Of a DNA stretch of 64,000 bases, positions 44,212 to 59,356 are shown in pieces. The translations under genes and the position numbers were made by a program. Numbering within the stretch: position 1 is the first letter of the stretch; every line of letters begins with the position of its first letter. Origin of the DNA: the human T2T-CHM13v2.0 reference genome, Homo sapiens. The notes under the pieces were generated by a model. The model made no database searches and was not told where the DNA came from. It saw only the letters and a list, made by a program, of their open reading frames with translations. The DNA lies in NCBI RefSeq assembly GCF_009914755.1, contig NC_060928.1; one strand, given 5' to 3'.

Positions 44212-45135
44212 ATGGTTTATCACCTCACTCTGTTGGAATGTGTATTATTAAAAAAAAGGCAGCAAGTATTGTTGAGGATGTAGAGAATAGAAAATACTTA
44301 TATACTATTGGTTATGATGTAAATTGGTATACACATTATAGAAAACAATATAAAGAATGCTGAAAAAGTTAAAAATGGAACTACCTTATGAGTCAGCAAT
44401 CCCGCTTCTGAATATATATTCAAAAGAAATAAAATAATGTTCTGAAAGAGAGATATGCAATTTGCAATCCCATATTTATTGAGGCATTATTCACAGTAGC
44501 CAAGCTATGGACACAACCTAAGTGTCTACTGGTAGATGAATGGCTAAAAATTGTAATACGTGTGTGTGTGTGTGTGTGTGTGTGTGGCAGTGGGGGTCAG
44601 CAGTGTACATATATAAATATGTATAGGATGGAATCATATTCAATCTAAAAAGAAGAAGAAAATTCTGCTATTTGCAATGATGTATATGAATCTGGAGCAC
44701 ATAATGCTAAGTGAAATAAACCAGACAGGAAGAAAAATACTGTATGATCTCACTTACATGTGGAATCTAAACAACTGGAAGTCATAGAAACATAGGGTAG
44801 AAGTGTGGTTACCAGGGGCTGAGGAAATAGAGAGACATTGGTCAAATGATACAAATTTTCACTTATCAAATGAGTAAGTTCTGGAGACCTAATAAATAGC
44901 ATGGTGACTATAGATAACGATAATGTGTTGTATGCTTGAAATTTCCTAAGAAAAATCTTAACTTTTCTCACTATAGTCACATACACAGAAAACAGGAAAG
45001 GTAATTATGTGAGGTGATTAATATGTTAATTAGCTTGATTGTGATAATTATTTCACAATGCATATATCTCAAAACATCACACTGTATACCTTATATATAT
45101 TTATTAATTATATCTCAATAAAGATGGATAAAAAT
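44212..45135 (+). mobile_element. Old L1MA (MA7-9-like) ORF2 end and 3' UTR
   Basis: CACCTCACTCTGTTGGAATG...ATGAGTAAGTTCTGGAGACCTAAT...ATGTGAGGTGATTAATATGTTAATTAGCTTGATTGTG...CTCAATAAAG; contains (TG)n at 44559-44586. Confidence 0.85.
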
Positions 45136-46730
45136 GAAGTTATTAAGGCAGAAGTAATAGAATCCGATCAGAAACAGATTACACAAAGATATGAAGATAT
45201 AAAATATTTGGTTGTTTTATAGCATATATAAAAATGTGAAGAGAAAGACTTTTTAACTATGCTCCAAATTCTTATGCAGCAACTAGCTACTGGTATTCCT
45301 AAAATGCAAACAATGAGAACATATTTCCTTGACTTGATTAGTTAATATAATTTATAATTTGCTTGACTTGATTTTGAAAGCTTTATCCCATTAGTTCCTT
45401 CCCATAGCATGTTCTTATTCTAATTAGATCTTTCACAATGTGCTTATACAAGTGTGACTCTTCTTGAAACAACACATTCCCACTTGCACAGAGTCAACAT
45501 TCTTTGACATGCCACAATTCACAGAGGGTTCCTAAAGAAGCCACTCCTTGAATCCCTATGTCATTTCTAGTAAGAGTAGTTTAGCCATTTCTTTCAATCA
45601 AATACATAGAGCACTTTATTTATAATACATAAGCAAGTCAGGTTCACTAAAATTATTTAAAAAGAGTATTATACAATACAGATTTTAAACATAGTTTAAT
45701 TGTTATATTGATCATTTAAAACTGGTTGCATTCCTTTCTTTCCCCCATTCAGTTAGCACACATCTTGATTAATTTGTGCTTTATTGAGAACATAATTATA
45801 AAGTAATTATGAAAACTTAAAATGTCATTAACTTCGTCCTCCATGGATTTAGCAACCTAATAAGACTCATCTAAATTCTTGAACTTTCCTTTAAAATCAG
45901 CCAACACATAAAAGAAACTAAAACTTGTACACACAAGTTTTAGTTGTCAGACATTCATTCTTCTCTTAAAATCATTTCCTCAAAATTACCCTATTGGTTT
46001 ATTAGTTTGTCACATTATATGTTTCTACAATCTGCAGTTTCATTAGACAAAAAACTGAATATTTTTATTACATTTCTATAAGTTTTCTCTGTATAGGTAT
46101 TTATTGTATATGCCTACATTTATAGTGTACACACACACACACCATCCCCTCCCTCACCACACACACACACACAAACACACACACACATCATTAAAGTACT
46201 GAAGGGAATACAATATGTTCATGACTGGAGGGAGAAAATTTTAATCAATAGAAAAATTTGCAGAATATGCTTATTCCTCATAGATAATATTGGTTCTAAT
46301 TTCAAGTTTTGGACCCTCTTGCTTTTTCGTCTTTGATGTTTATTTTGCCTTCTGCATCTTTTGCAGAATGGAAACAGAATCCTGAATGAAATAAGTTATG
46401 CAACTTTAAGGCAAAAATTAAGCAATTTTTTTTGCTACGGTTTTAATTAGTAGAAATTAATAGTGAGAGAGTTCAATTTAATTATGGGTACTAAGGCATA
46501 TTACTATTCATCTAGTTTTCAAAAATCATGAAATCTAGGCCAAAATATGAAAAACAGGAGAAAAGAAAACTGTCTTTGTTGAAATATGTAAGTAGTCATG
46601 ACACACAAACCAGGATCTAAGAAATTATCTGCCGAATAATTTAAATGTGAACACAAGCAAGGGACCTCCTGAGAAAAGAGAAAAAATATATACAACAAAT
46701 TATGGTGATTTGTTTGTTTGTTTTTATAAG

Positions 46731-47632
46731 TGTAATATTTTAAAAAGCCAAGAGTGACAAGATTAACGTCTGGAAACATACTAGGTGCTTGCATATACAC
46801 AAACACCACACAACAAAACATGTCCACAAATTTTATACATAGAGAGAAAGAGATGTAGGTTTTCATCCACAGTTCCTGGCTCATGACTCCCATTGCCTTG
46901 TTACATCCTTTTTGTTATGATGTTGGGCGTCTTATGTCTCAGGAGCAGGCCTTAGGAAACAGAATCTCTCTGACCTTCTCCTGCCCTCATTTAACCTACC
47001 ACAAGGCAAGACTCTAATTTTCCCTGCCTTTCTGATTGTGGGTCTTAAGACCCTCACTCCAAAGAGGGTCTTCCCCCATATCCTAGGGAGGAAGGGCAAT
47101 CATGAAGCTTCCATAAAAGTCCAAGAGGACTGGGTCCAGAGAGCTTCTGGATAGCTGAACACTTGGAGGTTTTTGGAGGGAGGTGGACCCAGGAAGGGCT
47201 TAGAAGCTCTGCACCCTTTCCCCCATGCCACACCGTACGCATCTCTTCATATGTATTCTTAAGTAATATCCTGTATAATAAACTGGTAAATGTAAGTAAG
47301 TGTTTCCTTGAATTCTGTGAGCTCCTTCAACAAATTAATTGAACCGAAAGAGAGTGTGGGAACCCCAAAGTGAAGTTAATCAATCAGAAGTTCTGGACTT
47401 GTGACTGGTGTCTGAAGTGGGTGAGGGTTAATCTTGGGGACTGAGCCCTCAACCTGTGGGATGTGATACTATCTCCAAATAGATAGTGTCAGAATTAAAT
47501 TCAAAGGTACCCAGCTGGTGTTCACTGCTTGTTAGTGGGGAAAGCTTCCTAACACAGTTGGTCACAGAAGTCTGTGCTTATTGTTGTGGTGTGAAAACAA
47601 ATAAGAACATAATTTGAGAGTTTTTCCAAAAC
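46731..47632 (+). mobile_element. MER21-like solo LTR
   Basis: CACAGTTCCTGGCTCATGACTCCC...GAGAGCTTCTGGATAGCTGAACAC...AATAAACTGGTAAATGTAAGTAAGTGTTTCCTTGAATTCTGTGAGC...GGGGACTGAGCCCTCAACCTGTGGG. Confidence 0.78.
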
Positions 47633-50499
47633 AAGCTATAACATTCATGCATTGTAGTTGTATATTTGTGGCAAATTTTACTGAAGTTATGGAGAGATAG
47701 AGAAGAATTATTTTGTCAAAATCAAGACATCTTTAAAAAATGTATATATTTATGGATGAAACATTCTTTATCTTCTTGTGTAGCTTTCTGCTCCCTCTCT
47801 GCTTCCTCCCCATTTTATTTACTCTCTTTCCTTACTATATTTAGCAGTATTTTTTTTGTCACAGGTTCCCCTTATATGTAAAGACTCCCCAATGTGTTTC
47901 TCAAACATGAGCCATTTACTTCAAGCCCTCTTCTTTTTGCCCTCGTTGACAGTGTCTGCATTAATTTCAATAACTTTTAATTGTATATCCTGTCATGATA
48001 AAAGAGTTACTAACATTTTTTAATGCCCACCATATTCTAATAATTTATAAATGTCTTAATATTTTGATCCTCACAATACATTACAAAGTATATACTTTAA
48101 TCTCCAATTATAGTTAGAGATCAGAGAGCAAATATCCAAGATAATAGTAACTTATTCAAATTTAGTAACTGGTGAACTCAGTTTAAAATTCATCTAAATA
48201 TCAAACCCTTTTTCCATTACATCTATCTCCCTGACCCTAGGTCATCAAAGAATGATTATCTCATATGCAATACCTCATGTTTAATAAGGCATAGAAGTAT
48301 GTAATTCACTTTAGGATAATATCCATTAAAATGGTTAAAACAGAAAATAATTGTGGCACTTAATGGGGCAAATGTCAATTTTCTGAATAATTCATTTAAG
48401 TGGAAAAGCTCTTCCTCTGACAATGCCAGATAAATGAGATGTCTCTACATGTTACTGTCTGTTTTGTTTCTGCTTCTGTGCATGTTTCGGATCTCCAACT
48501 AGCACTTCATTATTGGATTCATTTTCATTTACTAATGAAGCTTTCAGTACATTTAAGGACCTCAGGCATTTTAAAACTCGGTCATTTTGCTTCGTGCCAA
48601 CTTATCTCCAAGTTTCCATTTCAAAGTGGCATCATTACAATTACTAATACTACAGCATAGTCTGTGCTTGGACTGGCATTAATTCTGGCACAAGCTCAGA
48701 AAGTTTTGTTTCTGACTGATCCTGAAAGGTACATTGATTTTGGCTTTATGTAGCCCCTCCTGGCATACCTTTTGTTTTTCTAATAACATTAATCTCAGCT
48801 GGGCTTGCAAGCAAACTTAAATTCTTCTGGGAAGTTTTGCACTAACCCACAATTTAAACTATGTTTTATTTTTTAAAACTAAGTCTACGGATGCTTTGTA
48901 AGATGACATAAAAGTTGTTTTTCCTTCAAAACCACCTTTTTCTGACAATATTTGAAATGGTTAGTTTTTTTTTTTCATCATGGTGGTTAAACATAATGAC
49001 CTTGTTTGTGGATTCTCTTATTTTCTTTCTTTCCCATATTTTTGCTCTGTCTTCTGTACGCTTTAGTATTAAGAGAGTTGTATACTGATTTAATCAACCT
49101 ATATCAAAGATGATAATACACTGGAAAAGTAACTTCTAAAGTTAAGAAAAAAATTGAAAGGGGTGGCTGGCAAGAGTGCTGAATAGGAACCACTACTACC
49201 TACAGCTCCCAGTGAGATCAATGCAGAAAAGGGTGATTTCTGCATTTCCAACTGTACCTGGCTCATCTCATCTGGACTGGTCAGACAGTGGGTGCAGCCC
49301 ATAGAGGGTGAGCCAAAGCAGAGTAGGGCATCGCCTCACTTGGGAAGCGCAAGGGGTTGGGGAACTCCCTCCTCTAGACAAGGGAAGCTGTGAGGGACTG
49401 TGCCATGAGGAATGGTGCTTTCTGGCCCAGATACTATGCTTTTCACATGGTCTTCACAACCCGCAAACCAGGCGATTCCCTTGGGTGCCTAAACCACCAG
49501 GGCCCTGAGTTTCAAGCACAAAACTGGGCAGCCATTTGGGCAGGCACTGAGCTAGCTGCAGGAGTCTGTTTTTCATACCCCAGTGGCACCTGGAATGCCA
49601 GTGAGTCAGAACTGCTCACTTCCCTGGAAAGGGGGCTGAAGCCAGGGAGCCAAGTGGTCTAGTTCAGTAGATCCCATCCCCACAGAGTCCAGCAAGCTAA
49701 GATTCACTAGTGTGAAATTCTCACTGCCAACACAGCAGTCTGAAGTCAACCTGGGATACTTGAGTTTGGTGGGGGGTGGGGCATCCGCCATTACTGAGGC
49801 TTGAATAGGTGGTTTACCACTCACAGTGTAAACAAAGTCACAGGGAAGTTCGAAATGGGTGTAGCCCACCACAGTTCAGCAAAGCCGCTGTCGCCAAGCT
49901 GCCTCTCTAGATTCCTCCTCTCTGAGCAGGGCATCTCTGAAAGAAAGGCAGCAGCCCCAGTCAGAGGCTTATAATTAAAACTCCCATCTCCCTGGGACAG
50001 AGCACCTGGGGGAAGGGGAAGCAGTGGACGCAGCTGCAGCAGACTTAAACATTCCTGCCTATTAGCTCTGAAGAGAGCAGTGGATCTCCCAACACAGCAC
50101 TAAAGTTCTTCTTAAGGACAGACTGCCTCCTCAAGTGGGTCCCTGACCCCCATACCTCCTGACTGGGAGACACCTCCCAGCAGAAGTTGACAGACACCTC
50201 ATACAGGAGAGCTCCAGCTGGCATCTGGCCAGTGCCACTCTGGGACAAAGCTTCCAGAGGAAGAAACAGGCAGAAATCTTTGCTGTTCTACAGCATCTTC
50301 TGGTGATACTAAGGCAAATGAGGTCTGGAGTGGACCTCCAGCAAACTTCAGCAGACCTGCAACAGAGGGGCCTGACTGTTAAAAGGAAAACTAACAAACA
50401 GAAAGGAATAGCATCAACATCAACAGAAAGGATGTCAGCACAAAAACCCCATCTGAAGGTAACCAACATCAGAGACCAAAAGTAGATAAATCCACGAAG

Positions 50500-51510
50500 A
50501 TGAGGGAAAACCAGCACAAAAATGCTAAAAATTCCAAAAACCAGAATGCCTCTTTTTTTCCCAAGGATGACAACTCCTCACCAGCAACGGAACAAAACTG
50601 GATGGAGAATGAGTTGATGAAATGACAGAAGTAGGCTTCAGAAGGTGGCTAATAACAAACTCCTCCGAGCTAAAGGAGCATGTTCTAACCCAACGCAAGG
50701 AAGCTAAGAACCTTAAAAAAAGTTAGACGAATTGCTAACTAGAATAACCAGTTTAGAGAAGAATATAAATGACTTGATGGAGGTGAAATACACAGCACAA
50801 GAACTTTGTGAAGCATATAAAAGTATCAATAGCCGAATCGATCAGGCAGAATAAAGCATATCAGGGATTGAAGATCAACTTAATGAAATAAAGCATGAAG
50901 ACAAGATTAGAGAAAAAAGAATAAAAAGGAATGAGCAAAGCCTCCAAGAAATATGGGACTATGTGAAAAGACCAAACCTACATTTGATTGGTGTACCTAA
51001 AAGTGACAGGAAGAATGGAACCAAGTTGGAAAACGCTCTTCAGGATGTTATCTAGAACTTCCCCAACCTAGCAAGACAGGCCAACATTCAAATACAGGAA
51101 ATACGGAGAACACACAAAGATACTCCTCTAGAAGAGCAACCCCAAGACACATAATCATCAGATTTGCCAAGGTTGTGATGAAGGCAGCCAGAGAGAAAGG
51201 TCGGATTACCCAAAAAGGGAAGCCCATCAGACTAACAGTGGATCTCCCTGCAGAAACCCTACAAGCCGGAAGATAGTGGGGGCCAATATTCTAGAGTCTT
51301 AAAGAAAATAATTTTCAACCCAGGATTTCATATCCAGCAAAACTAAGTTTCATAAGTGAAGAAGAAATAAGATTTTTCACAGACAAGCAAATGCTGAGAG
51401 ATTTTGTCACCACCAGGCCTGCCTTACAAGAGATCCTGAAGGAAGCACTAACTATAGAAAGGAAAAACTGGTACCAGCCACTGTAAAAACACACCAAATT
51501 GTACAGACCA
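50500..51510 (+). pseudogene. ORF1: L1 ORF1 remnant
   Basis: Start ATGAGGGAAAACCAGCAC; GCAAAGCCTCCAAGAAATATGGGACTATGTGAAAAGACC; multiple stops and frameshifts. Confidence 0.85.
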
Positions 51511-51553
51511 TCAACACTATGAAGAAATTCCAAAATAACCAGCTAGCATCATA

Positions 51554-54500
51554 ATGACAGGATCAAATTCACACATGACAATATTAACCTTAAATGTAAA
51601 TGGGCTAAATGCCCCAATTAAAAGACACACACTGGCAAATTGGATAAAGAGTCAAGACCCACCAGTGTGCTGTATTCAGGAGACCCATCTCATGTGCAAA
51701 GACAAACATAGGCTCAAAGTATAGGGATGGAGGAATATTTACCAAGAAAATGGAAATAAAAAAAAAGCAGGGGTTGTGATCCTAGTCTCTGATAAGACAG
51801 TCTTTGAACCAACAAAGATCAAAAAAGGCAAAAAGGGGCATTACATAATGGTAAAGGGATCAATACAACAAGAAGAGTTAACTATGTTAACTATCCTAAA
51901 TATATATGCACCTGATACAGAAGAACCCAGATTCATAAAGCAAGTTCTTAGAGACCTACAAAGAGACTAAGACTCCCACACAATAATAGTGGGAGACTAT
52001 AACACCCACTGTCAATATTAGATCAATGAGACAGAAAATTAACAAAGATATTCAGGACTTGAACTCAGCTGTGGACCAAGCAGACCTAATAGACATCTAC
52101 AGAACTCTCCACACCAAATAACAGAATATAGATTCTTCTTAGCACCATGTCACATTTATTCTAAAATTGACCATATAATTAGAAGTAAAACACTTCTCAG
52201 CAAATGCAAAAAAACGGATATCCTAACAGCCTCTCAGACAACAGTGCAATCAAATTAGAATTCAAGATTAAGAAACTCACTCAAAACTGCACAACTACAT
52301 GGAAACTGAACTAACTGTTCCTGAATGACTACTGGGTAAATAATGAAATTAAGGCAGTAATAAATAAGTTATTTGAAACCAATGAGAACAAAGACACAAC
52401 ATACCAAAATCTCTGGGACACAGCTAAAGCAGTGATTAGAGGGAAATTTATAGCACCAAATGCCCACAGAAGAAAGTGGGAAAGATCTAAAATTGACACC
52501 CTAACGTCACAATTAAAAGAACTAGAGAAGCAAGAGCAAACAAATTCAAAAGCTAGCAGAAGACCAGAAATAACTAAGATCAGAGGAGAACCAAAGGAGA
52601 TAGAGACACAGAAAACTCTTCAAAAAATCAATGAATCCAGGAGTTGTTTTTTTTTTTTTGAAAAGATCAACAAAATAGATAGACTGCTAGCCTGACTAAT
52701 AAAGAAGAAAGAGAGAAGAATCAAATAGACACAATAAAAAAAATGATAAAGGGGATATCACCACTGATCCCACAGAAATACAAACTACCATCAGAGTATA
52801 TACCTCTATAAACACCTCTATGCAAATAAACTAGAAAATCTAGAAGAAATGGATGAATTCCTGGACACATAGACCCTTCCAAGACTAAACCAGGAAAAAG
52901 TCAAATCCCTGAATAGACCAATAACAAGTTCTGAAATTGAGGCAGTAATTAATAGCCTACCAACCTAAAAAAGCCCAGGACCAGACGGATTCACAGCTGA
53001 ATTCTACCAGAGTTACAAAGAGGAGCCAATACCATTCCTTCCGAAACTATTCCAAACAATAGAAAAAGAGAGACTCCTCCCTAGCTCATTTTCAGAGGCC
53101 TGCAACATCCTGATATCAAAACCTGGCAGAGACACAACAAAATAGAAAATTTCAGGCCAATATCCCTGATGAACATTGATGAGAAAATCCTCAATAAAAT
53201 ATTGGCAAACAGAATCCAGCAGCACATTAAAAAGCTTATCCACTACGATCAAGTCAGCTTCATTCCTAGGATGGAAGGCTGGTTCAACATACACAATAAT
53301 GTAATCTATCACATAAACAGAACCAATGACAAAAACTACATGATTATCTCAATAGATGCAGAAAAGGCCTTTGATAAAATTCAATACCATTCATGCTAAA
53401 AAGTCTCAATAAACTAGATATTGATGGAACGTATCTCAAAATAATAAGAGCTAATTATGAGAAACCTACAGCCAATATCATACTGAATGGCCAAAAGCTG
53501 GAAGCATTCCCTTTGAAAACCAGCACAAAACAAGGATGCCCTCTCTCACCACTGCTATTCAACATAGCATTGGTAGTTCTGGCCAGGTCCATCAGGCAAG
53601 AGAAAGAAATAAAGTGTATTCAAATAGAAAGAGAGAAGTCAAATTGTCTCTGTTTGCAGATGACATGATTGTATATTTAGAAAACCCCATCATCACAGCC
53701 CAAAATCTCCTTAAGCTTATAAGTAACTTCAGCAAAGTTTCAGGATTCAGAATCAATGTGCAAAAATCACAAGCATTCCTATACACCTATAATAGACAAA
53801 CAGAGAACCAAATCATGATATAACTCCCATTGACAATTGCTACAAAGAGAATAAAGTACCTAGGAATACAACTTACAAGGAATGTGAAGGACCTCCTCAA
53901 GGAGAACTACAAACCACTGCTCAAAGAAATAAGACAGGACACAAACAAACAGAAAAACATTCCATGCTCGTGGATAGAAAGAATAAATATGGTGAAAATG
54001 GCCATACTGCCCAAAGTAATTTATAGATTCAATGTTATCCCCATCAAGATACCATTGACTTTCTTCACAGAATTAGGAAAAACAACTTTAAATTTCATAT
54101 AGAATGAAAAAAGAGCCCGTATAGCCAAGACAATCCTAAACAAAAACAACAAAGCTGGAGGCATCCTGCTACCTGACTTCAAACTATAGTACAAGGCTAC
54201 AGCAACCAAAACAGCATGGTCCTGGTACCAAAACAGATACTTAGAACAATGGAACAGAACAGAGGCCTCAGAAATAACACCCCACATCTACAATCATCTG
54301 ATCTTTGACAAACCTGACAAAAACAAGAAATGGGGAAGGGATTCCCTATTTAATACATGGTGTTAGGAAAACTGGCTAGCCGTATGCTGAAAACTAAAAC
54401 TGGACCCCTTCTTTACACCTTATACAAAAATTAACTCAAGATGGATTAAAGACTTTAACGTAAGTCTTAAAACCACAAAAACCCAGAAGAAAAGCTAGGC

Positions 54501-55381
54501 AATACCATTCAGGACATAGGCACGGGCAAAGACTTCATGACAAAAACATAAAAAGCAATGGCAACAAAAGCCAAAATTGACAAATGGGATCTAATTAAAC
54601 TAGAGAGCTTCTGTACAGCAAAAGAAACTATCATCAGAGTGAACAGGCAACCTACAGAATGGGAGAAAATTTTTGCAATCTATCCATCTGACAAAGGTCT
54701 AATATCCAGAATCTAGCAGGAACTTAAACAAATTTACAAGAAAAAAGCAAACAACCCCATCAAAAATGGGGCAAAGGATAATAACAGACACTTCTCAAAA
54801 GAAGACATTTATGTGGCCAACAAACATATGAAAAAAAGCTCATAATTACTGATCATTAGAGAACTGCAAATCAAAACCACAATGAGATACCATCTCATGC
54901 CAGTCAGAATGGCAATCATTAAAACGTCAGGAAACAACAGATGCTAGAGAGGATGTGGAGAAATAGGAATGCTTTTACACTGTTGCTGGGAGTGTAAATT
55001 AGTTCAACCATTGTGGAAGATAGTGTGGCAATTCCTTAAGGATCTAGATCCAGAAATACCATTTGACCCAGCAATCCCATTACTGGGTATTTACCCAAAG
55101 GATTATAAATCATTCTACTATAAAGACACATGCACACATATGTTTATTGTAGGAGTGTTCACAATAGCAAAGGCTTGGAACCAACCCAAATGCCCATCAA
55201 TGATAGACTGAATAAAGAAAATGTGGCACATATACACCATGGAATACTATCTAGCCATAGAAAAGGATGAGTTCATGTCCTTTGCAGGGACATGGATAAA
55301 GCTGGAAACCATCATTCTCAGCAAACTAACAAAGGACAGAAAACCAAACACTGCATGTTCTCACTCGTAAGTGGGAGTTGA
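51554..55381 (+). pseudogene. ORF2: L1 ORF2 remnant
   Basis: Start ATGACAGGATCAAATTCACAC; RT motifs [12 protein letters not shown] and [16 protein letters not shown] (53536..53823); broken into many short ORFs. Confidence 0.9.
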
Positions 55382-57534
55382 ACAACGGGAACACATGAAC
55401 ACAGGGAGGGGAACATCACACACTGGGGGCTGTTGTGGGGTGGGTGTCTAGGGGACGGACAGCATTAGGAGAAATACCTAATGTAGATGATGGGTTGATG
55501 GGTGCAGCAAACCACCATGGCACAGGTATACCTATATAACAAATCTGCATGTTCTGCACATGTATCCCAGAACTTAAAGTATAATTTAAAAAAAAGAAAA
55601 GAATGAAAATTGCTAGACAGTTTGAAACAGGCATTCAAGCTAAATAAATAAGTATATAGTTTCATTTCTAGCAATTTTTTCAACATCTTCCTAGCTGAAT
55701 TTTTTTGCAAGCTGACATTAGCACCTACAAATATTTTCAGGGAAAACAATGACTAACAATTGTTTAGGGAACACCTTGAGTAAATTTTATCTACTAATCA
55801 TACAACCAAGATTCTCATTTGCAATGTTTAAGGGATATACTAATTTACAGCATTAGTGCTGTTGTTACTAATTTTCTGAAAGATTACTCATATTCTTGAG
55901 TTAAGTATGATTTTAAATGTAAGTGCCCATCTATAATTTGGGCCATATGAGGCATCTGGAGATAGTGAAATGTTCATAAACTTTGATGACATATATTTCT
56001 GCCTTCAAATCATGCCTAGCTATCCATTTCACCTTGCTGTCACTATACAAACTCTACAATCCTGTTTTTTCACCTGTAAGAAAATACCTATTTTGAGGAA
56101 TCACTTTAACAATTTAATGAGGTTTTTAAAAGCACTAAGTAGATTAACTAGTCAAATTTAGCACATGACAAATGGAAGCTGCCACCCTTATAAGTTGCTT
56201 AGACAACAATATCTGCATTTCTATTAAAGGAAAAGAAAAGAAAGGAAAGAGAGAAAGGAAAGGAAGTGAAGAAAAAATAAGGGAAGAGAAGATATTTCCA
56301 AAATGCAAGGATCTTTAAATTTTAAGGTTATTCCAATTTCATTACTTTGAAATAATTTCATAAAATAATTACTAGAAACTATTGTATAAATATCAATTGT
56401 TTCAGAGAAAATATACATTATTTTCTGGAGAATAACAAAAATGAAAAAAAAAAACACCAAGTGCAAATCAAAGAATAAAATCTGTAGGCACAAAGATAAG
56501 CATGTGCATAACCAAATATTCAGAAAACTACTGAATGTGTGCTGTTTTTAATTAGTAAAACATAGAACCCTAATGTATACATAAAATTTACAGGGATGAT
56601 AAATTTAGATTTTGATATAAATTCTACTTTCAGTATAAAATATCTGGCATAATCTACATCTATACACAGCAAATATTTCTTGAGGGCCTACTATGTTCAG
56701 GCACTCCGCTATCTGGGATTATATGACAGTGCATGAGGCAGACTTGCTTTTTACCCTGTTCTAGAGTAACAGAACATTGTACTCCACTGAATAATGTAGA
56801 AGACATCAGCTTCAACGATTCCACATCCTGGCACAATGTCACACCAGTGTCAAATAAATTTCTCCCATGTTAACAACATTCCTTAAAGAGTATATAAATA
56901 AATAATGGTCAAAGCAACGTGGCACTGAGAATGACCTACTAAATCACAAATAGGTATGAGTAAATATTGTTATAAACTATGATAGTTATTGATTTGTGAT
57001 TTAAGGCTGATTTGGGGTTTTGTTTTGAATTTTTAATCTCTTCAAGTCAAGAATATAGCACAAAAATTTCTCAAATCACAAGTTGAAAGTTAAGAACTTT
57101 CATAAATATGAACAGTGCTCCAGAGCAAAGCCCTGTCCCACTTTGCAGGCACATGGCAGAAGTTCTATCAGAATGACTTGGCTGTGACATTTTACTGAAT
57201 ATGTTTGCTCTTTTTCATACTTAGCACTAATGTATTTGTTAACATTACATATATTGCACTTGTGTTACATGCTAAGTAACATAAGTGTGACAGATTTTGT
57301 GTGAAAATTTTGAAAGTGTCTCATAAGATGATGAGTAGATTGTGATGGGAAGTGGAAACTAATATGAGTTCTTATTGAGTTCTTAGAGCAATTTTCAACT
57401 TGACCTGTCTAACCTGACTTCAATCTATAGGCAATTTTTCCTTCTATGTCAAAGGCACCCAAGATGCTCATTCATCTCCCTTGTTACTATGAGATGGTGG
57501 GTTATCACATGCTTTGAAGAGAAAGAGATAGGCT

Positions 57535-58012
57535 TTGAAGAGAAGAATTTGATCAAGATGGCCTTAATGTTCCCCTCAGCTTGACCAAACTTTAGACAGA
57601 TTTCTTCCTGTCTATAGGCTCCCGGCCTTTTTTTTCTTTAAAAAACTTCCAATGCAAATTATTTCCTGTTCCTTGAGATATAAATGTTCTTTCAGACTCC
57701 TGCCAGTTTTTCAAACCAGGAATGTCTTTCTCAAGTACATGGAAGCTATCCCTTTGAAATGTAATCATCAAGAAAGATGGTGCCCCTATGTCTCATATTC
57801 TGTGAGAGGACAGGAGTTTAACTACACTAATCACTAATTAGCAAACACAGATGGCCTAATGACACTGACCAACCTCCCACCTAACATCTTCCAGTATTTT
57901 TCCACTAGCTCCCCCAACAGAGTTGAGCTTAATAGTCTTCATCCCTATTGCCATCATCCTGAATAAAATATTTGTTGCTCATCTAAGTTGTCCTGTACAA
58001 TTTTCTTTGACA
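57535..58012 (+). mobile_element. MER4-group solo LTR (MER67/MER31-like)
   Basis: CCCCTCAGCTTGACCAAACTTTAGACAGATTTCTTCCTG...CCCTTTGAAATGTAATCATCAAG...TGAATAAAA...TTTTCTTTGACA; GGCT on both flanks. Confidence 0.7.
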
Positions 58013-58303
58013 GGCTAAATATTCTCTAGGGTACTGATGGTCCACACTTCAAACTTCATGTTCTACAAGTGTAGTAGTTGACAGTTGATAGTCTTTTCTC
58101 ACCTGTAATCAGAGGCAGAGCCTAAAGCTGAGGTATTCTCCACACAGCTTTTACTTTTAACCAAAATCTTTTCATTCAAACTTTCTCTATTCTGAGTAGT
58201 CAGTCTTTTTCTCTTTTGTCCCCAACCAACATCTGGTCTAGCTTCAGAAAGTTACCATAGTTTTTTCAGGTGTGCATCCAGTCTTTTTAATGGCCTTTGA
58301 TAA

Positions 58304-58986
58304 TGAAGCTGCTTTTGCAAAAGTTATATCAGTGAGAAAATTATAACAGTCAGCTAAGCTAACCCAACCCCCAACTTGCCTTTCCTTTAATTATTCATGG
58401 GCTACTGGGCCAAGATAATTTTGGAAGACATTCAGGCTACAGTTTAAATGATAATAGGTCTTGCCCAAAACTCAACCACTTTTGTAAAGCTAATAGGAGG
58501 TCATCAGGCTAAGTGGGGGGAGAGGAGCCTGAGACCTGCTAAGGTGCAGACATTATTCCAGAGGTTGTAAGATATGCAGTGTCTTCAATTGCTCCTGCAA
58601 ATACTACTACTATTGTAGGTTGGCCTTTTAAGATATCTTTCCAGGTTTTTTGCATGTCTGACACCCAGGGCACCACCTGGACTAACAACCCCGCTTCTGT
58701 GGCCCTACACAGATTTGGCTGGCAGCAGGACAGCTTCAACCCCCTATGATTTCATCTGTACCCTAACCATTCAGCAGCAAGCACCTGTTACCTGGCAACC
58801 CCCACCCCTTTCCCCAAACTGCTCTTGAACAACCCCTAATCTATGAGCTCTGAATGAGATGATTTGAGTATGAACTCCATCTCCCATATGGCGTGGCCAG
58901 CCTCATGTCTATTAAACTCTTTCTCTAGTACAATGCTGCGCTCTTTCTTTATGCAGTGGGCAGGAGGAACCCCTTGGGTGGTTACA
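58304..58986 (+). mobile_element. MER4-group solo LTR (LTR26/LTR8-like)
   Basis: TGAAGCTGCTTTTGCAAAAGTTAT...ATTAAACTCTTTCTCT...GGGCAGGAGGAACCCCTTGGGTGGTTACA; perfect 4-bp TSD ATAA (58300-58303 and 58987-58990). Confidence 0.82.
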
Positions 58987-59356
58987 ATAAGTAGTTGCTT
59001 CTTTTGAGCTCTTGCTCTCCAAGAGATTGAGTCTCATCCGTATTGGAGTAAAATTGGAAATGCTATACTAGGGGTACAGGTGAAAAAGCCAAGAAGTGGC
59101 AGAGAAAACACTTTGAGATATAACCCTATAATTAAGGGGAAAAATAGACTCAGGGTAGTAGGAAAATGAGTAATGTTCAGCTTAGGAGAAATGAATTTAA
59201 AAGAAAAATAGAAAGTTAAGCAATCTTGTAAAATGCCACTCTTAGCAATCAATTATAATTAAGAAGAGATGAGGAAAATATTTCCAGTTCATTCCATGTA
59301 GTACCACAACTCCAACAGTACTTTAACTTCCCCCAGGCTAGAAACCACAACATCTT

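Larger units (their letters stand above)
49160..55600 (+). mobile_element. Full-length decayed LINE-1 (L1PA7-like)
   Basis: Start GGGGTGGCTGGCAAGA..GAATAGGAAC, a ~1.3-kb 5' UTR, ORF1, ORF2, and 3' UTR AGCATTAGGAGAAATACCTAATGTAGATGA...CCCAGAACTTAAAGTATAAT with an A tail. Approximate TSD AAGAAAAAAATTG/AAGAATGAAAATTG. Confidence 0.95.

Noticed and set aside
46325-46420. Polypyrimidine tract plus TTTTGCAG, a possible splice acceptor in non-repeat DNA
   Set aside because: No clear donor site or coding frame follows, and an exon cannot be supported without transcript data.
49160-55600. Full-length L1 as a possibly active element
   Set aside because: ORF1 and ORF2 are broken into pieces under ~100 aa by many stops and frameshifts, and the 5' UTR is CpG-depleted.
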